A stretch of DNA of 64,000 nt, from positions 2,407,817-2,471,816 of the forward strand of contig NZ_CP178454.1 in the NCBI RefSeq assembly GCF_047275885.1, written 5' to 3'. Made by a program: the position numbers and the translations under genes. Positions 1-10,759 of this stretch are shown piece after piece. The notes under the pieces are model-generated. The model was not told the DNA's origin. It was given only the letters and a program-made list of their open reading frames with translations, and did no database searches. Source of the DNA: Anabaena azotica SJ-1. Its GTDB lineage: Bacteria > Cyanobacteriota > Cyanobacteriia > Cyanobacteriales > Nostocaceae. How positions within the stretch are numbered: the stretch's first letter is position 1; each line of letters starts with the position of its first letter.

Positions 1-127
1 TGTCAGGAACTGGGAAAAAGGGCGTTCTGAAGCTGAATTACAAATTTGGCAAGTTAAAGCCCTCTGTCGGATTCTAAAATGCTCTCTTGAAGACTTGCCC
101 GACAGATTTAAACCAGCGGAAAACTAG
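1..127 (+). CDS. Partial CDS (C-terminal fragment) of an upstream gene. The tail ...NWEKGRSEAELQIWQVKALCRILKCSLEDL... resembles XRE-type HTH proteins.
   Basis: Open frame from position 2 to the TAG at 125-127, with no start in the window. Family assignment is from motif memory only. Confidence 0.3.
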   Translation, partial: VRNWEKGRSEAELQIWQVKALCRILKCSLEDLPDRFKPAEN

Positions 128-498
128 AGCAAAACCGGGGCGATCGCACCCCGGTGACAATCAAATAAATATGAAGCGCGAATCGGGGAGAGGTGGTAGC
201 CTCCCAGCCACTGAGGTAAATATCAACGAACTACCAGCAGCGAATTATAAAAGTGATTGTCCAATTACCAATTACCAATTACCAATTACCAACCAATGAA
301 AGTAAATGAGAGTGATTGAGGGAGAGTTAAAACCAGGCTTATATAGACTTGATGAGCCAATCACCAAAGGATGTAGTTCTACATGGCTCGAAAGAATATC
401 AATTTGTAATGGAGAAGTGAATTATTTAGAAGAGTACGTACTTGTTAGAAACCGCCAAATTGTTCGTATGATCAGCGCGTCAATCATCGTATAAACCA

Positions 499-1044
499 AT
501 GGATAGAAACTTACTAGCCAAGATACTTTACCAATCCCAATACATAGCATCTGGAATTGTGCCGTTGATCCTGGAAGCTGAAAAATTAGCAGGGGATGTC
601 TGGGATAACCGAACAGAAGAAATCAAAGAGGAATATAGGGTTAAAGCTGACAAATTATTGTCTGACTATGACAATGATTCCAACGAAAAACTTCTCTTGA
701 TAATGTCTATTGACACATATCTCTCAACTCATTCAACCTATTCCTTCCTCAAGCGTCTCCGGAATTATTTCAGTAATATTTCCTCTTTGCAAGAAGATAA
801 CTCTGATTCTCAAGAGGAACAGGAGATTGTGACAACAGAAAAAGATGATAATGCCCTTCCTCTAGGGTGTGAATGTGGATTAACAAAGAAAGAATATTTC
901 GCCGGAAAGGCATTACAGGGAATTCTTTCTAATCCATCACTTACACATTTTAACGCCACCAAGTTAGCAATTCGCAAAGCCGATGAGTTAATCGTTGAAC
1001 TCAACAAAGAAGAATCAGGAGACAATAATGAAACGATTTCTTGA
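499..1044 (+). CDS. Hypothetical acidic protein; first gene of a same-strand, prophage-like gene string.
   Basis: 181 aa ORF. It is co-oriented with the downstream overlapping ORFs and the integrase. No recognisable domain. Confidence 0.4.
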   Translation: MDRNLLAKILYQSQYIASGIVPLILEAEKLAGDVWDNRTEEIKEEYRVKADKLLSDYDNDSNEKLLLIMSIDTYLSTHSTYSFLKRLRNYFSNISSLQEDNSDSQEEQEIVTTEKDDNALPLGCECGLTKKEYFAGKALQGILSNPSLTHFNATKLAIRKADELIVELNKEESGDNNETIS

Positions 1045-1232
1045 CGAAGTGTATATAACCTGCCTCGACTTTGTAGGATGTTTGGTTATTCTTTTCTATC
1101 GCTACCCGTTCATCTTTTCCGTAACAGTTCTTACCACTATCTTCGTCATCGTCACCCTGTTCCTACTACCCTAACAGGTCAATCTTCCTAACATCTACTC
1201 AACCAACTAGTTGAGCAATACCCAATCGGTGA

Positions 1233-1871
1233 TTGTATGTCTGCAATCACCACAAATCAACGTATCTATTAACGCAGATATTAGGTGCAGCAATGATTAC
1301 AACAGGTATTTTGAAGCAAGCAACCCCTTACCATCATATTTTCCTTGATGGAAAAGTACCCTTAATTTCCTTCTTCCCATGCCGTCCGGCAGAGGACAAA
1401 CCGCTCTCATACATGGTTAATTCAGGCTTTTTGACATCTTTGCAGAAGGAATTATTAGCCAGATTATTGAGTATGACCAACCCAGATAGAAGCCATGATG
1501 AATACTTGAAAGTTGTTAGCAGTGGAATTGCAATTGATGTTAAATGGTTCGCTGGTGTATTGCGCTCAGAACAAAATCCCATTACAGAACGACAGCATTC
1601 ACCAGAACAGCCTTTAGTCTGGGAAATAGCGGGACAGATAGATTCTTGGCTTTCAAAAACAACAATTACGGGATTAATAGCACTCCTAAACATTTCCTAC
1701 AGAGAGCAAACTAATCTTAGTTATCAGGTAAAAGAATGGGGCTTTGACGATATTTCCCAGCACGTTGTTGAGTTAGTTGATGATTTGTCTGGCGAGGAAT
1801 ATCTAGAACTTGCCTACCACCTTTCTGGCACGTTAATCGAACAATTATCAGTAGATAAAGAGGCTGCATGA
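1233..1871 (+). CDS. Hypothetical protein in the prophage-like island.
   Basis: 212 aa ORF whose stop overlaps the start of the next ORF (ATGA at 1868). Confidence 0.45.
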   Translation: MYVCNHHKSTYLLTQILGAAMITTGILKQATPYHHIFLDGKVPLISFFPCRPAEDKPLSYMVNSGFLTSLQKELLARLLSMTNPDRSHDEYLKVVSSGIAIDVKWFAGVLRSEQNPITERQHSPEQPLVWEIAGQIDSWLSKTTITGLIALLNISYREQTNLSYQVKEWGFDDISQHVVELVDDLSGEEYLELAYHLSGTLIEQLSVDKEAA

Positions 1872-2182
1872 AACCATTAAGGTCTTACGTCGCACTACCA
1901 AAAAACCACCAGTTTACCCCACATATTGAAAGGCTGGAAGAACTTTATGGATCATTCTTCCAGCGACTAGATAAAGGGCAACTCTTAAGTATTCTGAGTT
2001 TCTGTAGTTTAGCTCAAGAGCAGCCAGATAACAAAGCTAATTCTGACCAAATTGGATTAGTTTTACAGGCTTACTTGTGGCACGGGAAAGTAGAAATTCT
2101 CAAGCCATTCTATTTCTTGCCAAAAAATATTCTCTTCTCACTAATTCCATTCGTTCACCAATTAATAGAGGTTAGACAATGA
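1868..2182 (+). CDS. Hypothetical protein in the prophage-like island.
   Basis: 104 aa ORF with overlapping stop/start junctions to both neighbours, a phage-like operon packing. Confidence 0.4.
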   Translation: MKPLRSYVALPKNHQFTPHIERLEELYGSFFQRLDKGQLLSILSFCSLAQEQPDNKANSDQIGLVLQAYLWHGKVEILKPFYFLPKNILFSLIPFVHQLIEVRQ

Positions 2183-2388
2183 CTGATAGACCAACACCCG
2201 ATCCATCTTGGGATTATGCACCCATTTGGCAGGAACTTACCCAGCTTGAATCTAAGTTAGATGAGATTTTTGATTTTCTTCAGAAACAGGAAGAATCAAG
2301 CATTGGTTCAAACAGTCAGTTGATTGTCAGTCTTGGCATTTTAGACGGAAAGTTAGAACGAATTTTTGATTTAGTAGAACTACGATAA
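2179..2388 (+). CDS. Small hypothetical protein in the prophage-like island.
   Basis: 69 aa ORF with a start overlapping the previous stop. Confidence 0.35.
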   Translation: MTDRPTPDPSWDYAPIWQELTQLESKLDEIFDFLQKQEESSIGSNSQLIVSLGILDGKLERIFDLVELR

Positions 2389-2425
2389 ACATTTATTTAC
2401 CCCTGACACCAGGGGTATTTCTATC

Positions 2426-2845
2426 ATGAAAGCACTTAGTTTATGGCAACCTTGGGCTAGTTTAATAGCCATCAAAGCGAAGTCAATAGAAACCCGCAGT
2501 TGGTATACATCATACAGGGGTGAATTGTTAATCTGTGCTGCAAAGACAATGAATACTCCATACAGGGATTACTATTATTCGCTTCCTGTAATTCCTATGC
2601 TTTCGGAATCAGACCCAGTACCATTTGAGGACTTACCACGGGGGAAAGCGGTGGCTAAAGTACGGTTAGTTAACTGTGTGAAAATCACTCAGGAATTAAT
2701 TTATAAAACACCAGAAAATGAAAAGCTTGTAGGCGACTGGAAGGTAGGAAGATTCGCCATGATATTGGATGAAATTCAGGCGATTGAACAACCTTTTTAC
2801 GTGAAGGGTCAACAGGGAATATTTGAGGTTGATTTCAATGGATAA
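2426..2845 (+). CDS. ASCH-domain protein.
   Basis: N-terminus MKALSLWQPWASLIAIKAKSIETRSWYTSYRGELLI matches the ASCH beta-barrel signature (hs..QPWA..I..G.K..E.R.W). This domain is frequently phage-borne. Confidence 0.55.
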   Translation: MKALSLWQPWASLIAIKAKSIETRSWYTSYRGELLICAAKTMNTPYRDYYYSLPVIPMLSESDPVPFEDLPRGKAVAKVRLVNCVKITQELIYKTPENEKLVGDWKVGRFAMILDEIQAIEQPFYVKGQQGIFEVDFNG

Positions 2846-3077
2846 ACATTATCAAACAGAGCAACTAAAAAAGCTCTCGACAGGGGAACTACTGGAGATA
2901 GCAGATTACATAATTAAGTGTGAACGAGATATTCTGTACGGTGAATTCCCGACATTAAAAACAAACTTCAAAGACACTATTGATGAAGGCAGTCGAATAG
3001 AAAGAACAGGGTCTTTATCAGTCATTTTCAATATTCTCTACTACCGAAGTTTAGATAATCAATATGAAGAAGACTAA
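2823..3077 (+). CDS. Small hypothetical protein in the prophage-like island.
   Basis: 84 aa ORF overlapping both neighbours. Confidence 0.35.
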   Translation: MRLISMDKHYQTEQLKKLSTGELLEIADYIIKCERDILYGEFPTLKTNFKDTIDEGSRIERTGSLSVIFNILYYRSLDNQYEED

Positions 3078-3399
3078 AAAATATTCTAGGGGATGCGATA
3101 TACTCACGTTCCCCCACAATAATCAAGATGATTTGTATTCAGAACTAAACCGTTTGGGATGGTTTTGGAATTCAAAAAATCAAGAGTGGGAAAGGAATGA
3201 TAAACTTCCAGACCCGGCTTCTGAACTGATAAAAATTCGAGTTTGGGCTGCATCTAATAAAGTTGAAAACGCTGCTGATTTGGTCGTCGAGTCTATGGAG
3301 GAGAAGGGATTTTCTCTATTAGAGAAAAGTTCCCCGTATATATGTAGACCTCCCAAGCAATCAGAATCTAGGATTTATCTCAGTTTCAAGGAATATTAA
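3064..3399 (+). CDS. Hypothetical protein in the prophage-like island.
   Basis: 111 aa ORF ending 2 nt before the integrase start. Confidence 0.4.
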   Translation: MKKTKKYSRGCDILTFPHNNQDDLYSELNRLGWFWNSKNQEWERNDKLPDPASELIKIRVWAASNKVENAADLVVESMEEKGFSLLEKSSPYICRPPKQSESRIYLSFKEY

Positions 3400-3401
3400 T
3401 C

Positions 3402-4553
3402 ATGGCTGTAGTCGTTGACCCTAAGAGTAAAAAATTAATTATCCGCTTTAGGGTTGGCGGCTACCCTAAGCAGTTCTACCTGTCCACCGGACTCAAGGAT
3501 ACTAAAGCTAACAGAGCAATAGTAGATACCCGATGGGAATTGATAGAGAGAGAGATTTCCTTGAATGAATTTGACCCCACTCTTGAGCGATATAAGTTTG
3601 GGAATAAGAAAAAAGCTAAGAAAGAAATCGAAATTGATAAAATTACTAATTTATCAGAATTGTGGGATAAATTTACTGACTATCAAGAAACCCAAATAGA
3701 ACAAACCACTATATTAAACAGATACAAAGCTGTAAAAAGATATATAAATAAATTGCCAACAACAGATATAGACAAAGCTGTAGCAATCAGGGATTGGCTT
3801 TTAAAAAACACTACATCAAAAATGGTAGTTGTTTTAATTAATCATTTTTGGCAAGCTTGCAACTGGGCTGTCAAATCAAAATTGATAACCTTAAATCCTT
3901 TTACAGAATTAAGGATGAAAGAAAAAAGGCGTAAAAGAGGGAAGGATCACCAAGCTTTCACCAGTGAACAAAGGGATTTGATTATCAAAGCTTTTGAGCA
4001 AGATTCTAAATATTCTTACTATGCACCCCTGATTAAATTTATGTTTTACACAGGCTGTCGTCCTGGTGAAGCGTTCGCGCTGACATGGGGAGACGTAAAC
4101 GACGACTGTACAAGAATCAAAATCAATAAATCTCGCAACCTTCACAGAATTACCAAATCTACAAAGAATGGAGTCGAGCGCATTTTTCCCGCTGCCACCG
4201 GATCTAAACTTCAAAAATTGCTTTTAGAGATAAAACCAACACCGCCTGATCGGGAACGGCTCATTTTTACAGACTGGAATGGGAAGCCGATGGAGTCGGT
4301 AAAACTCCAAATAATTTGGAAGGGGCAATTATCAAATCACTATTCCTACCCTGGTGTAGTTCAGTCACTAGCCGATAAAAAGTTAATTCCTTACCTGAAA
4401 CCTTATGCTACCAGACATACGTTCGCCACATTGGCGATCGCGTCTGGAGTAACTCCTGACCGTGTAGCACTTTGGGTTGGCGACACGGTACAGACGGTAT
4501 TGATGTACTACTGCCACCCAGAAATTTTAAACAGCGAGTGTCCAGACTTCTAG
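3402..4553 (+). CDS. Tyrosine recombinase / phage-type integrase.
   Basis: C-terminal catalytic region ...YATRHTFATLAIASGV...VLMYYCH carries the R..H..R...Y motif set. Size (383 aa) fits the family. Confidence 0.8.
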   Translation: MAVVVDPKSKKLIIRFRVGGYPKQFYLSTGLKDTKANRAIVDTRWELIEREISLNEFDPTLERYKFGNKKKAKKEIEIDKITNLSELWDKFTDYQETQIEQTTILNRYKAVKRYINKLPTTDIDKAVAIRDWLLKNTTSKMVVVLINHFWQACNWAVKSKLITLNPFTELRMKEKRRKRGKDHQAFTSEQRDLIIKAFEQDSKYSYYAPLIKFMFYTGCRPGEAFALTWGDVNDDCTRIKINKSRNLHRITKSTKNGVERIFPAATGSKLQKLLLEIKPTPPDRERLIFTDWNGKPMESVKLQIIWKGQLSNHYSYPGVVQSLADKKLIPYLKPYATRHTFATLAIASGVTPDRVALWVGDTVQTVLMYYCHPEILNSECPDF

Positions 4554-4624
4554 AAAAATACTACTCATTTTCTACTCACTGAAAGCCCGAAAACCTTGGC
4601 TGGAGAGGGTATAACTATGATTAT

Positions 4625-6019
4625 TTATTTTCCGATACAAAATCTACTAAAAATCCGATCCAAAACTGATTCCGTAACTTCTTCTCCGGTAATTTCTCCC
4701 AATGCATAAATAGCTCCCCTTAAATCAATTGTCCAAAAATCTAATGGTAATTGGTCGATAATTGTTTTTTGTACTTGTTCTAAATCAATCTTTGCTTTTG
4801 TTAAAGCTGCGGCTTGTCTTTGATTAATGGCTAAATCCATATCAGCAGCTTGCACTTTTCCGGCTTGGACTATTTCTAAAATCGCAGTTTCTAAACCGTC
4901 AATTCCTTTATTTTGGGCTGCGGCTGTGGCAATTTTGGATTTGGGATTTTGGATTTTAGATTGAAGAGTTTGTTTTTCTGTTGCTGAAATCAGATCAATT
5001 TTGTTAATTACCAAAATCACCGGACGGTGTTTTACTTGTTCATAAATCTCTTGGTCTGCTTGTGTCCAACCTGCGGAAGCGTCAATGGTAAATAATACCA
5101 AATCAGCCGCACTAGCAGCACGATGCGATCGCTCTACGCCAATTTTCTCTACCTGGTCTGCTGTTTCCCGAATCCCGGCTGTATCTAAAACCTGTACAGG
5201 AATTCCCCCCACAACTAGCTGAGATTCAACTACATCACGGGTTGTACCGGGTAAGTCTGTGACAATAGCGCGATCGCTCTGACTCCAAGCATTCAATAAA
5301 CTGGATTTTCCCACATTGGGACGACCAACTATAGCTACTTTTAACCCGGTTCGCAATAATTCACCTTGATCTTTTGTGGCTAATAACTTAGTTATTTCTA
5401 ATGTAACTTGATCAATCTCAGAAACAATTCTTTGCTCATCTAACGGTGGTAAATCTTCTTCAAAATCAATTCTAGCTTCAATTTCCGCCAAAATATCTAA
5501 ACATTGAGCGCGTAAATTTCTAATTGGTTGAGCTAATTTACCCTGTAACCCAGCTAAAGCCGTTTGTGCTGCTTGGGGTGATTTTGCACCAACTAAATCT
5601 GCGATACTTTCCGCTTGGGTTAAATCCAAACGTCCATTTAAAAACGCCCTTAATGTAAATTCTCCTGGTTGCGCTAATCTCGCACCATTTTCTAAACATA
5701 ATTGCAATACTTGTTGTACAGCCATTATTCCCCCATGACAATGAAATTCCACCACATCTTCACGGGTAAAAGAACGGGGTGCTTTCATAATCAGTAACAA
5801 AGCTTCATCTACCAGTTGCTTTGTTTGGGGTTGACGGATGTAACCATAAAGGATGCGGTGACTTTCCCACACTTGTTTTCCAGGTGCAGAAAATAGAGTT
5901 TGAGCGATCGCTAATGCTTGATCACCAGAAACCCGCACAATCCCCACACTACCTTGTTGAGGGACAACAGCAGTAGCTATAGCAGCGATCGTTCCAGTAT
6001 TAGCTAACAGTTCCGACAT
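4625..6019 (-). CDS. mnmE: tRNA modification GTPase MnmE (TrmE).
   Basis: G-domain motifs ([23 protein letters not shown]) and the diagnostic C-terminal CIGK tail. Confidence 0.9.
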   Translation of the reverse strand: MSELLANTGTIAAIATAVVPQQGSVGIVRVSGDQALAIAQTLFSAPGKQVWESHRILYGYIRQPQTKQLVDEALLLIMKAPRSFTREDVVEFHCHGGIMAVQQVLQLCLENGARLAQPGEFTLRAFLNGRLDLTQAESIADLVGAKSPQAAQTALAGLQGKLAQPIRNLRAQCLDILAEIEARIDFEEDLPPLDEQRIVSEIDQVTLEITKLLATKDQGELLRTGLKVAIVGRPNVGKSSLLNAWSQSDRAIVTDLPGTTRDVVESQLVVGGIPVQVLDTAGIRETADQVEKIGVERSHRAASAADLVLFTIDASAGWTQADQEIYEQVKHRPVILVINKIDLISATEKQTLQSKIQNPKSKIATAAAQNKGIDGLETAILEIVQAGKVQAADMDLAINQRQAAALTKAKIDLEQVQKTIIDQLPLDFWTIDLRGAIYALGEITGEEVTESVLDRIFSRFCIGK

Positions 6020-6043
6020 GAGTGTTCAGGTGACAGGTGACAG

Positions 6044-6300
<257 letters not shown>

Positions 6301-6424
6301 TAACTCCTGACTTACTCCGACAGGTGACAGTGATAACTGACCTACAACGTTAATAGTAATAGTAATATTTATCTAAAGGGTTAATTAACAATAATAACGC
6401 CGTACTTGAGAGAGGGAATTCACT

Positions 6425-6625
6425 GTGGAGCAAACAATTAACTGCGCTGAAGCTTGCGTTAACGGGTGTGTTTTAGGTGATAAATGTCCGAATATCGAAT
6501 CTAGAGAAGCCGTTTCTAAGTTTATCGAAGAGACTTCTTTAGACAAAATGCTAGAAATGGCTGAAGAGAGACTGAAGAAAAAAATGATGGAACCACCAAA
6601 ATGGGTATTTCCAGAAGATCCATAG
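6425..6625 (+). CDS. Small Cys-rich hypothetical protein (66 aa).
   Basis: Compact ORF with a CAEACVNGCVLGDKC motif, lying in the mnmE-hflX intergenic region. The antisense ORF 6385..6648 was rejected. Confidence 0.4.
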   Translation: MEQTINCAEACVNGCVLGDKCPNIESREAVSKFIEETSLDKMLEMAEERLKKKMMEPPKWVFPEDP

Positions 6626-6951
6626 TTTACCACCTGACACCGTTGCATTTTGGATCATCTCCTAAAAGATAGAGTGTCCAACCCAAACCTTGTTGTAAAA
6701 TAAACATATAGAACATATAGAAAGATTAGGGGGGGCCAGTTTACTGGTCAGAAACGCCTATAGAGACTATCTTCGGAAATCTCCAAGGTTTAAAGTCCAG
6801 CCAGCTGAAACAACTACAGCGGCTGTACCACCAGCGTATATCGGGCGATCGCATTACCACACCAGAGTTCGCCCAACGTCTGGCTGCAATTAGCACGGAA
6901 TTAAATCAGCCTATATGTGCCTACCTCAACCGTCGCGGACAAGTCATCCGG

Positions 6952-8499
6952 GTGGGGGTAGGCACTCCACGTCAAACCCAAATTCCACCTCTAGAACTGC
7001 CCCGTTACGGTGCAGAACGTCTGAGCGGTATCCGTTGTATAGCTACCCATCTCAAGGCAGAACCACCAAATGAGGCAGCACTGACAGCGATGGCGCTACA
7101 ACGGTTAGATGCCCTAGTAGTTCTCAATATTACCGGCACGGGATTTACTAGAAGGGGTGGGGGTTCAACTGGGTACGTCAAAGAAGCTTATTTAGCTCAT
7201 TTGTTAGCCAATAGCAAACAATTGGTTTTAACTCAATCATCGGGAATCACCATCCCAGACGCAAACCTATATTCCAGCGTATCGCCACCTCTAAGTTTAG
7301 ATGCGATCGCCGACCAGGATTTTCTGGACTTGGTGGAAAGTCTAGAAGCAGAATTCAGTCGGGAATATATCGCCCAGGAAGTAGACGCTGACCATGATCG
7401 CGTCGTCATCGTTGGGGTATTAACAGATAAGATGACTTCCCAACAGTTCCAAGACACCATACTAGAACTAGCGCGGTTAGTAGATACAGCCGGTGGAGAT
7501 GTCTTGCAGACGCTACAACAAAAGCGATCGCGCATTCATCCCCAAACTGTCATTGGTGAAGGCAAAGTCCAAGAAGTAGCCCTCACAGCCCAAACCCTGG
7601 GAGCCAATCTTGTGGTTTTTGACCGCGACCTGTCACCCGCTCAAGTCCGCAACCTAGAAGCGCAAATAGGTGTCAGAGTTGTTGACCGCACAGAAGTAAT
7701 CTTAGATATCTTTGCCCAACGCGCTCAATCTGGTGCAGGTAAATTACAAGTCGAACTAGCACAGTTGGAATATATGCTGCCACGACTCACCGGCAGAGGT
7801 AGAAGTATGTCCCGGCTAGGGGGTGGGATAGGGACCCGTGGACCTGGTGAAACCAAACTGGAAACGGAACGGCGAGCAATTCAAAAGCGTATATCTCGAT
7901 TGCAACAAGAAGTTAACCAATTGCAAGCACATCGTTGTCGGTTACGTCAACGGCGACAACATCGGGAAGTTCCTTCAGTTGCCTTAGTGGGTTATACCAA
8001 CGCTGGCAAGTCTACCTTGCTCAATACCCTCACTAACGCCGAAGTTTATACAGCCGACCAACTTTTTGCCACACTCGACCCCACCACACGCCGCCTAATT
8101 ATTCCCCATGCGGATACAAACGAACCACAGGAAACCCTAATTACGGATACAGTAGGGTTTATTCACGAGTTACCTAACTCCTTAATGGATGCCTTCCGCG
8201 CCACCTTGGAGGAAGTAACAGAAGCAGATGCCCTCATTCATTTAGTGGATTTATCCCATCCTGCTTGGTTGAGTCACATTCGTTCAGTTCGGGATATTCT
8301 CGCTCAAATGCCCATAACTCCGGGTCCGGCGTTGGTTGTATTTAACAAAATCGATCAAGTCGATAGCGAAGCCCTGGCTTTAGCAAGGGAAGAATTTCCT
8401 CTGGCGGTGTTTATTTCTGCCAGTCAGCGTTTAGGGTTGGAAACCTTACGCCAGCGTCTATCCCAGTTGATTCAATATGCTGTAGACGACGATTGTTAA
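6952..8499 (+). CDS. hflX: GTPase HflX with a long cyanobacterial N-terminal extension.
   Basis: HflX N-domain (..HPQTVIGEGKVQEV..AQLEY..GGGIGTRGPGETKLE) plus G-domain motifs (GYTNAGKSTLLN, DTVGF, NKID). The frame stays open to 6730 upstream with no ATG/GTG/TTG, so the true start is uncertain. Confidence 0.85.
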   Translation: MGVGTPRQTQIPPLELPRYGAERLSGIRCIATHLKAEPPNEAALTAMALQRLDALVVLNITGTGFTRRGGGSTGYVKEAYLAHLLANSKQLVLTQSSGITIPDANLYSSVSPPLSLDAIADQDFLDLVESLEAEFSREYIAQEVDADHDRVVIVGVLTDKMTSQQFQDTILELARLVDTAGGDVLQTLQQKRSRIHPQTVIGEGKVQEVALTAQTLGANLVVFDRDLSPAQVRNLEAQIGVRVVDRTEVILDIFAQRAQSGAGKLQVELAQLEYMLPRLTGRGRSMSRLGGGIGTRGPGETKLETERRAIQKRISRLQQEVNQLQAHRCRLRQRRQHREVPSVALVGYTNAGKSTLLNTLTNAEVYTADQLFATLDPTTRRLIIPHADTNEPQETLITDTVGFIHELPNSLMDAFRATLEEVTEADALIHLVDLSHPAWLSHIRSVRDILAQMPITPGPALVVFNKIDQVDSEALALAREEFPLAVFISASQRLGLETLRQRLSQLIQYAVDDDC

Positions 8500-8630
8500 C
8501 TGAAAACAGGGTGTGGGGTGTAGGAAAAATATCTAATGCCCCATGCCCCTGCCAAAACCCATTGGTGACAATAAGAGTATTTTTTAGTTTTGGTTAAAAT
8601 TGAAAAGTATTTATTCAAAATCAGAATATT

Positions 8631-8888
8631 ATGACTGCAAAAGTAGAAATTTACACTTGGACTACTTGCCCATTTTGTATTCGTGCCAAAAACTTACTGA
8701 GAAATAAGGGAGTTGATTTCCTCGAATATACCATTGATGGAGATGAGGTAGCCAGAAGTAAAATGGCTGAAAAAGCAAATGGTAGACGTTCTGTACCTCA
8801 AATTTTTATCAATGATGAACACATTGGTGGTTGTGACGATATTTATGCTTTGGATCGTCAGGGTAAATTAGACCCACTACTAGCTTAA
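8631..8888 (+). CDS. grxC: Glutaredoxin (Grx3/GrxC type).
   Basis: CPFC active site in TCPFCIRAKNLL, 85 aa. Confidence 0.9.
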   Translation: MTAKVEIYTWTTCPFCIRAKNLLRNKGVDFLEYTIDGDEVARSKMAEKANGRRSVPQIFINDEHIGGCDDIYALDRQGKLDPLLA

Positions 8889-9108
8889 TAGTGTCTAGTT
8901 AAAATATTCCGGTGACGGGAATTCTGGGGCGGATTTTGCCCCTCATCCAGCCTTGATTTTGGATTTTGGATTGATGACACGGATAAATCTGGGGGCTTGT
9001 ACGATCACGAAATTATTGGTGAGGATTGATAGCAGTAAGCAGTAATCTCACTCAAAAAATCAACTAAACTTAATAACAATTACATTTCCAGGTATTGAGG
9101 TAAAGAGG

Positions 9109-10071
9109 GTGAAACTGGCTTTTATTATTGATCCTATCCATCAGCTTGACCCTGGTCATGATACTAGTGTTGCTCTTATGGAAGCTGCACAACAACTAGG
9201 ACATGAAGTTTGGGTGACACAGACAAACCTGTTGAGTGTAGTGGAAGGAAAAGCTTGGGCTTTGCTTCAGCAGGTGGAACTTGTACCAGTGGAGTTGGTG
9301 GAGGGGCGTTGGATAGCGGCAAATCCTTGGTATAGCTTGAGAGAACGCTCTTTCACCCCCTTAGAAACTATGGATGCTGTCTTTATGCGGACAGATCCAC
9401 CAGTTAATGATGCTTATTTATATGCAACTTACACTCTGGATTATATTGACCAAAATAAAACCTTGGTGATTAATAATCCCAATGGGATTAGAGCCGCAAA
9501 TGAAAAAATGTATGCTCTCCAGTTTAGCCAATGTATTCCCGAAACAATTGTCAGTGCTGATAAACAGGTGATCCGCCAATTTGTAGAGGCCAAGGGTGCA
9601 ACGGTTCTCAAACCACTGGGGAATAAAGCTGGGGAGGGGATTTTATTTTTGCAATCAGGCGATCGCAATTTTAACTCGATAGTCGAACTAAGTACCCTCC
9701 AAGGTCGAGTACCAGTGATGGTTCAAAACTATTTACCAGCTGCAAAAGAGGGAGATAAGCGAATTATCCTGCTCAATGGTGAACCTATAGGGGCGCTCAA
9801 TCGTCTCTCCAGTGGTAGTGATTTTCGCAATAATATGGCTACAGGCGGTACTGTTGCTAAAACGGAGATTACACCCAGAGAGCAGGAAATTTGTGCTTTA
9901 TTAGCAAACAAATTACGCGAAGACGGTTTAATTTTCGTTGGTATTGATGTTATTGGTGGCTACCTCACAGAAGTCAATGTCACCAGTCCTACAGGAATTC
10001 GGGAAATTGATCGCCTAGATGGTACTCACCTTGCTCATCAGGTCATTCAATGGCTAGAACAGCAGGTATAA
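9109..10071 (+). CDS. gshB: Glutathione synthetase.
   Basis: ATP-grasp prokaryotic GshB signature (MKLAFIIDPI..., RIILLNGEP, SSGSDFRNN). GTG start. The grxC-gshB pairing is conserved in cyanobacteria. Confidence 0.85.
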   Translation: MKLAFIIDPIHQLDPGHDTSVALMEAAQQLGHEVWVTQTNLLSVVEGKAWALLQQVELVPVELVEGRWIAANPWYSLRERSFTPLETMDAVFMRTDPPVNDAYLYATYTLDYIDQNKTLVINNPNGIRAANEKMYALQFSQCIPETIVSADKQVIRQFVEAKGATVLKPLGNKAGEGILFLQSGDRNFNSIVELSTLQGRVPVMVQNYLPAAKEGDKRIILLNGEPIGALNRLSSGSDFRNNMATGGTVAKTEITPREQEICALLANKLREDGLIFVGIDVIGGYLTEVNVTSPTGIREIDRLDGTHLAHQVIQWLEQQV

Positions 10072-10280
10072 GCACGAAACAGGTAACAGGAAAAGTTATT
10101 TTGATTCGGTAAAATTGGATAACTAAAAAAGTAATAGCAATAGCAGTCAGAGAGGTATGAGGAAGTTTAGCCATGACTCTAACCAAGCTAAATAAATATT
10201 TAGTTGGTATAATTGGTATAAGCTTTCTCATTTATTCCGCATTATTGAATAATAGATATATCTGTTGTTTCTAAGAGGAT

Positions 10281-10733
10281 TTGACAATGAAAATAGATAT
10301 AAAACCTACATTATATGAAACTGATTATCAACAATGGATAGAAACTACATTACAGCATTTACGTGAACAAAATTTTAATCAATTAGATTTAGAAAGTCTC
10401 ATTGAAGAAATTGAAGCAATGGGTAAAAGTGATAAACGAGAATTACAAAATAGATTAATCATTTTATTAATGCATTTACTAAAATGGAAATATCAACCAG
10501 AAAATCAATCTAATAGTTGGCTATCTACTATTGATGAACAACGTCGTCAAATCTTATTTATTTTTGAAGATAGCCCTAGTTTAGAGAAAAATTATCTAGC
10601 TACAGTTTTTGATAAATGTTATGTAATGGCTCGAAAATCTGCAAGTAAGGAAACTAAATTACCTCTTGATGCTTTTCCTGAATCTTGCCCTTTATCTCAA
10701 GCTGAAATTTTCGATTTAGATTTTTATCCCTAA
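10281..10733 (+). CDS. DUF29 family protein (copy 1).
   Basis: The LYETDY.QW...T...LRE..F..LD.E.LIEEIE.MG.S....L...L..LL.HLLKWKYQPE motif is typical of DUF29. The gene is very AT-rich. Confidence 0.7.
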   Translation: MTMKIDIKPTLYETDYQQWIETTLQHLREQNFNQLDLESLIEEIEAMGKSDKRELQNRLIILLMHLLKWKYQPENQSNSWLSTIDEQRRQILFIFEDSPSLEKNYLATVFDKCYVMARKSASKETKLPLDAFPESCPLSQAEIFDLDFYP

Positions 10734-10759
10734 TTGCTATTTCTAGGAGTATTTATACC

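Noticed and set aside
6760-6845. An apparent pair of compensating frameshifts in the hflX 5' region.
   Set aside because: This arose from my own misreading of one sequence line. On re-reading, the frame is continuous (the no-canonical-start observation stands separately).
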